From: a candidate division FCPU426 bacterium | GTDB taxonomy: Bacteria; Oederibacteriota; Muellerivitia; Muellerivitales; Muellerivitaceae | Direction of reading: 5' to 3' | NCBI GenBank assembly: GCA_963830915.1 | Contig: CAWHOE010000051.1 | Coordinates: forward strand, 32,001-96,000 | Length of the DNA stretch: 64,000 nt | Shown: positions 62,155-64,000 of the stretch, piece by piece | Layout of the letters: the number at the start of each line of letters is the position of its first letter | Numbering within the stretch: position 1 is the first letter of the stretch | Notes under the pieces: model-generated | The model's database searches: none | What the model saw: the letters and a program-made list of their open reading frames with translations, nothing else | What the model was told of the DNA's origin: nothing | Program-made: the position numbers and the translations under genes

Positions 62155-62568
62155 ATGAAAATTTTAACGGAATACCTTTGGTTCAATACGCCTGAACACC
62201 GAGCCTACATCAATATCACGCCGGATGTGGAAAGGATCGTAAAGAAAAGCGAGGTTAAGGAAGGAATGGCTCTTGTTTCAGCAATGCATATAACGGCCGG
62301 AGTCTATGTCAACGATGCCGAGGATGGTTTGATCTCTGATATCGATGAATGGCTTGAAAGATTGGCTCCCTACAAGGCGAATTATCAGCATCATCGGACC
62401 GGGGAAACCAATGGGGACTCCCATTTAAAAAGTATTCTGGTCCATCATGAAGTTATCGTTCCTGTCACCAAGGGAGAGCTGGATTTTGGACCTTGGCAAC
62501 AGGTTTATTACGCTGAATTCGACGGTCAAAGAAAAAAACGTTTGTTGGTTAAGGTCATGGGGGAATGA
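62155..62568 (+). CDS. yjbQ: YjbQ/UPF0047 family protein
   Basis: HITAG, NGDSHLK, G.WQ...AEFDG.R. Confidence 0.9.
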   Translation: MKILTEYLWFNTPEHRAYINITPDVERIVKKSEVKEGMALVSAMHITAGVYVNDAEDGLISDIDEWLERLAPYKANYQHHRTGETNGDSHLKSILVHHEVIVPVTKGELDFGPWQQVYYAEFDGQRKKRLLVKVMGE

Positions 62569-62867
62569 TGGAAACGTCAAAACCAGAGTTCGATAAATAT
62601 CTTTTTGTTTGCGTCAACGAAAGACCCAAGGGCGAAAGGATTTCTTGCGGCGGGATGGGATGTGGTAAGGAGTTGGCGGTGCGACTTAAGGAGGAAGTGA
62701 AAAAGGCCGGGTTTGCTTCCAAAATCAGGGTTTCCAAATCATATTGTTTGGATGTCTGTGAAGATGGACCAAATGTCATTATTTTTCCAGGTAATGTCTG
62801 GTTCAAGAAGGCCGATATTGTTGATATTCCTGTTATTCTGAAAAATGCCCTAGAAACCAATGAATAA
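62565..62867 (+). CDS. thioredoxin-like [2Fe-2S] ferredoxin
   Basis: FVCVNER...SC...CLDVCEDGP. Confidence 0.85.
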   Translation: MMETSKPEFDKYLFVCVNERPKGERISCGGMGCGKELAVRLKEEVKKAGFASKIRVSKSYCLDVCEDGPNVIIFPGNVWFKKADIVDIPVILKNALETNE

Positions 62868-62949
62868 AGCAAAGTAAACAAGTTAAGTGTTTTACAAGTG
62901 ACTTGAAAGGAATAAAATCCTATCTCGTTGGACTTAATATTAGGGATAT

Positions 62950-63292
62950 GGGGGTGACCGGTTTCGACTGGGGAACTGAACTTTTGGGTGCGTGTCGAGG
63001 CGCCATCGCTCGTCAAACATGGCAACGGTTTAACTGCCGACAATCAGTTAGCTCTCGCCGCTTAAAGCGGTTAGCGTTTCGCCCTTGATGCCTATTAGGG
63101 GGATGGAACGTAAGCAGTAGGCTGGTCCGGATCAGGCTTGTTCCACCGATGGACGGACGAGAAACAATGGGGCTGGCTCTCCGCCGGCCGCTCGGGAGCG
63201 AGCGGGGGGTGAGACTCATTCCTGAGCTACGCACGTAGTGCCCATTATGGATGTTTTTCAGGACGTGGGTTCGATTCCCACCACCTCCACCA
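62950..63292 (+). ncRNA. ssrA: tmRNA; tag reading frame 63036-63065 encodes (A)ADNQLALAA
   Basis: 5' GGGGGTGACCGGTTTCGAC; 3' GGTTCGATTCCCACCACCTCCACCA; acceptor stem GGGGGTG/CACCTCC; tag ending LALAA*. Confidence 0.97.
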
Positions 63293-63570
63293 TTTTTTTC
63301 AAATGAACAATCTTTCAATCGATAAGTTTCACGAAAAGTTATTGGCTTTTCTTTAATTCTGTATTGGGTTTAGATTAATTGGTATAGAGACAGTAAAGAT
63401 AAATGGGCTGACGAATTCGGGGTCAGATTTGTGGTTTAAAAGTTAAACCCAGGATGAATAGACCCGCTTACGGATTAAAAAAGCATAAGGCTTTTTAAAC
63501 TTTGCAAAATATAGACCTTTTGTTAAACTAAACGAGCTTTCCAATCCTTCATCTAACGAGGCCATGGTAA

Positions 63571-64000
63571 ATGAAACAGATCACCGCCTTCGCATTGTGT
63601 TTATTTTTCCTTGGAATGGTTCAACAAGCTCTGGCGGTTGGCCCCACCTATGTTCGTGACGCAATTTCAGCCTCGACAACCTGGACAAAAGATAACAGTC
63701 CTTATGTCATTCAAAACGATATTGTGATCGCTAAAGGAGCGATTCTTTCGATCGAGCCTGGGGTTGAAGTACAACTTACGGCAGTAGCCAATGGCAAGGT
63801 CGGTTCGGGACCGAATCTGGTCGTTCAAGGTGGTTTGAAAGCCGTGGGCAATTCCACGACTCCTATATCGTTTGTCCCATCGGCACAGGGTTCATTGTGG
63901 GGCGCGCTCTATTTTTATAATTGTGATAACGTGAATTGTATCCTCCAAGGATGCTTGATCAAGGGTGGCCGCATCGTATGCAATGGTTCCTCACCAACAA
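63571..64000 (+). CDS. secreted right-handed beta-helix protein (partial, runs off the window)
   Basis: Signal peptide MKQITAFALCLFFLGMVQQALA; TTWTKDNSPYVI, GAILSIEPGVEV, G.L.AVG...PISF. Confidence 0.75.
   Translation, partial: MKQITAFALCLFFLGMVQQALAVGPTYVRDAISASTTWTKDNSPYVIQNDIVIAKGAILSIEPGVEVQLTAVANGKVGSGPNLVVQGGLKAVGNSTTPISFVPSAQGSLWGALYFYNCDNVNCILQGCLIKGGRIVCNGSSPT

Noticed and set aside
62903..63318. ORFs 62903-63088 (+) and 63013-63318 (-)
   Set aside because: They overlap the tmRNA and are spurious
63322..63340. parS-like site (AAGTTTCACGAAAAGT)
   Set aside because: Only a partial match to TGTTTCACGTGAAACA, not palindromic, single copy
63293..63570. Integrative element at the tmRNA 3' end
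   Set aside because: No integrase and no duplicated ssrA 3' end in the window; the next gene is a secreted beta-helix protein

Overview
Bacterial chromosome segment from a probably diderm (it has an OprO/P-type porin), poorly characterised lineage. Every credible gene lies on the + strand. (1) 1-8.2 kb is an accessory block of small and secreted hypothetical proteins. It includes two paralogous Trp-rich secreted proteins and a degenerate ParB-HTH-membrane protein that is probably frameshifted. (2) 8.3-16.9 kb is a sulfate uptake and activation operon (porin, sbp, an inserted HPr, cysTWA, cysDN). Its 430-nt leader carries two covarying copies of a structured RNA, each with a terminator/antiterminator: a candidate tandem SAM-II-like or new riboswitch. 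(3) 16.9-30.6 kb holds glycogen and housekeeping genes (GH57, glgB, accA, amidase-like, GerMN, valS, nadC, birA, coaX). (4) 30.6-51.9 kb has two DUF2723-type glycosyltransferase-TPR genes, then an unusual receptor-less chemosensory/type IV pilus cluster. That cluster is PilT-TPR, TsaP-like, CheR, TPR arrays, MshEN-CheW fusion, non-canonical P-II, CheY, CheC, CheD, CheW, CheY, CheB, CheA, CheC and a degenerate GGDEF protein. (5) 51.9-64 kb contains dprA, topA, argB, nrdR (with tandem NrdR boxes), DUF1015, eno, cysM-mec, EamA, YjbQ, ferredoxin, tmRNA and a partial beta-helix protein. All calls come from motif recognition by eye; no searches were run.
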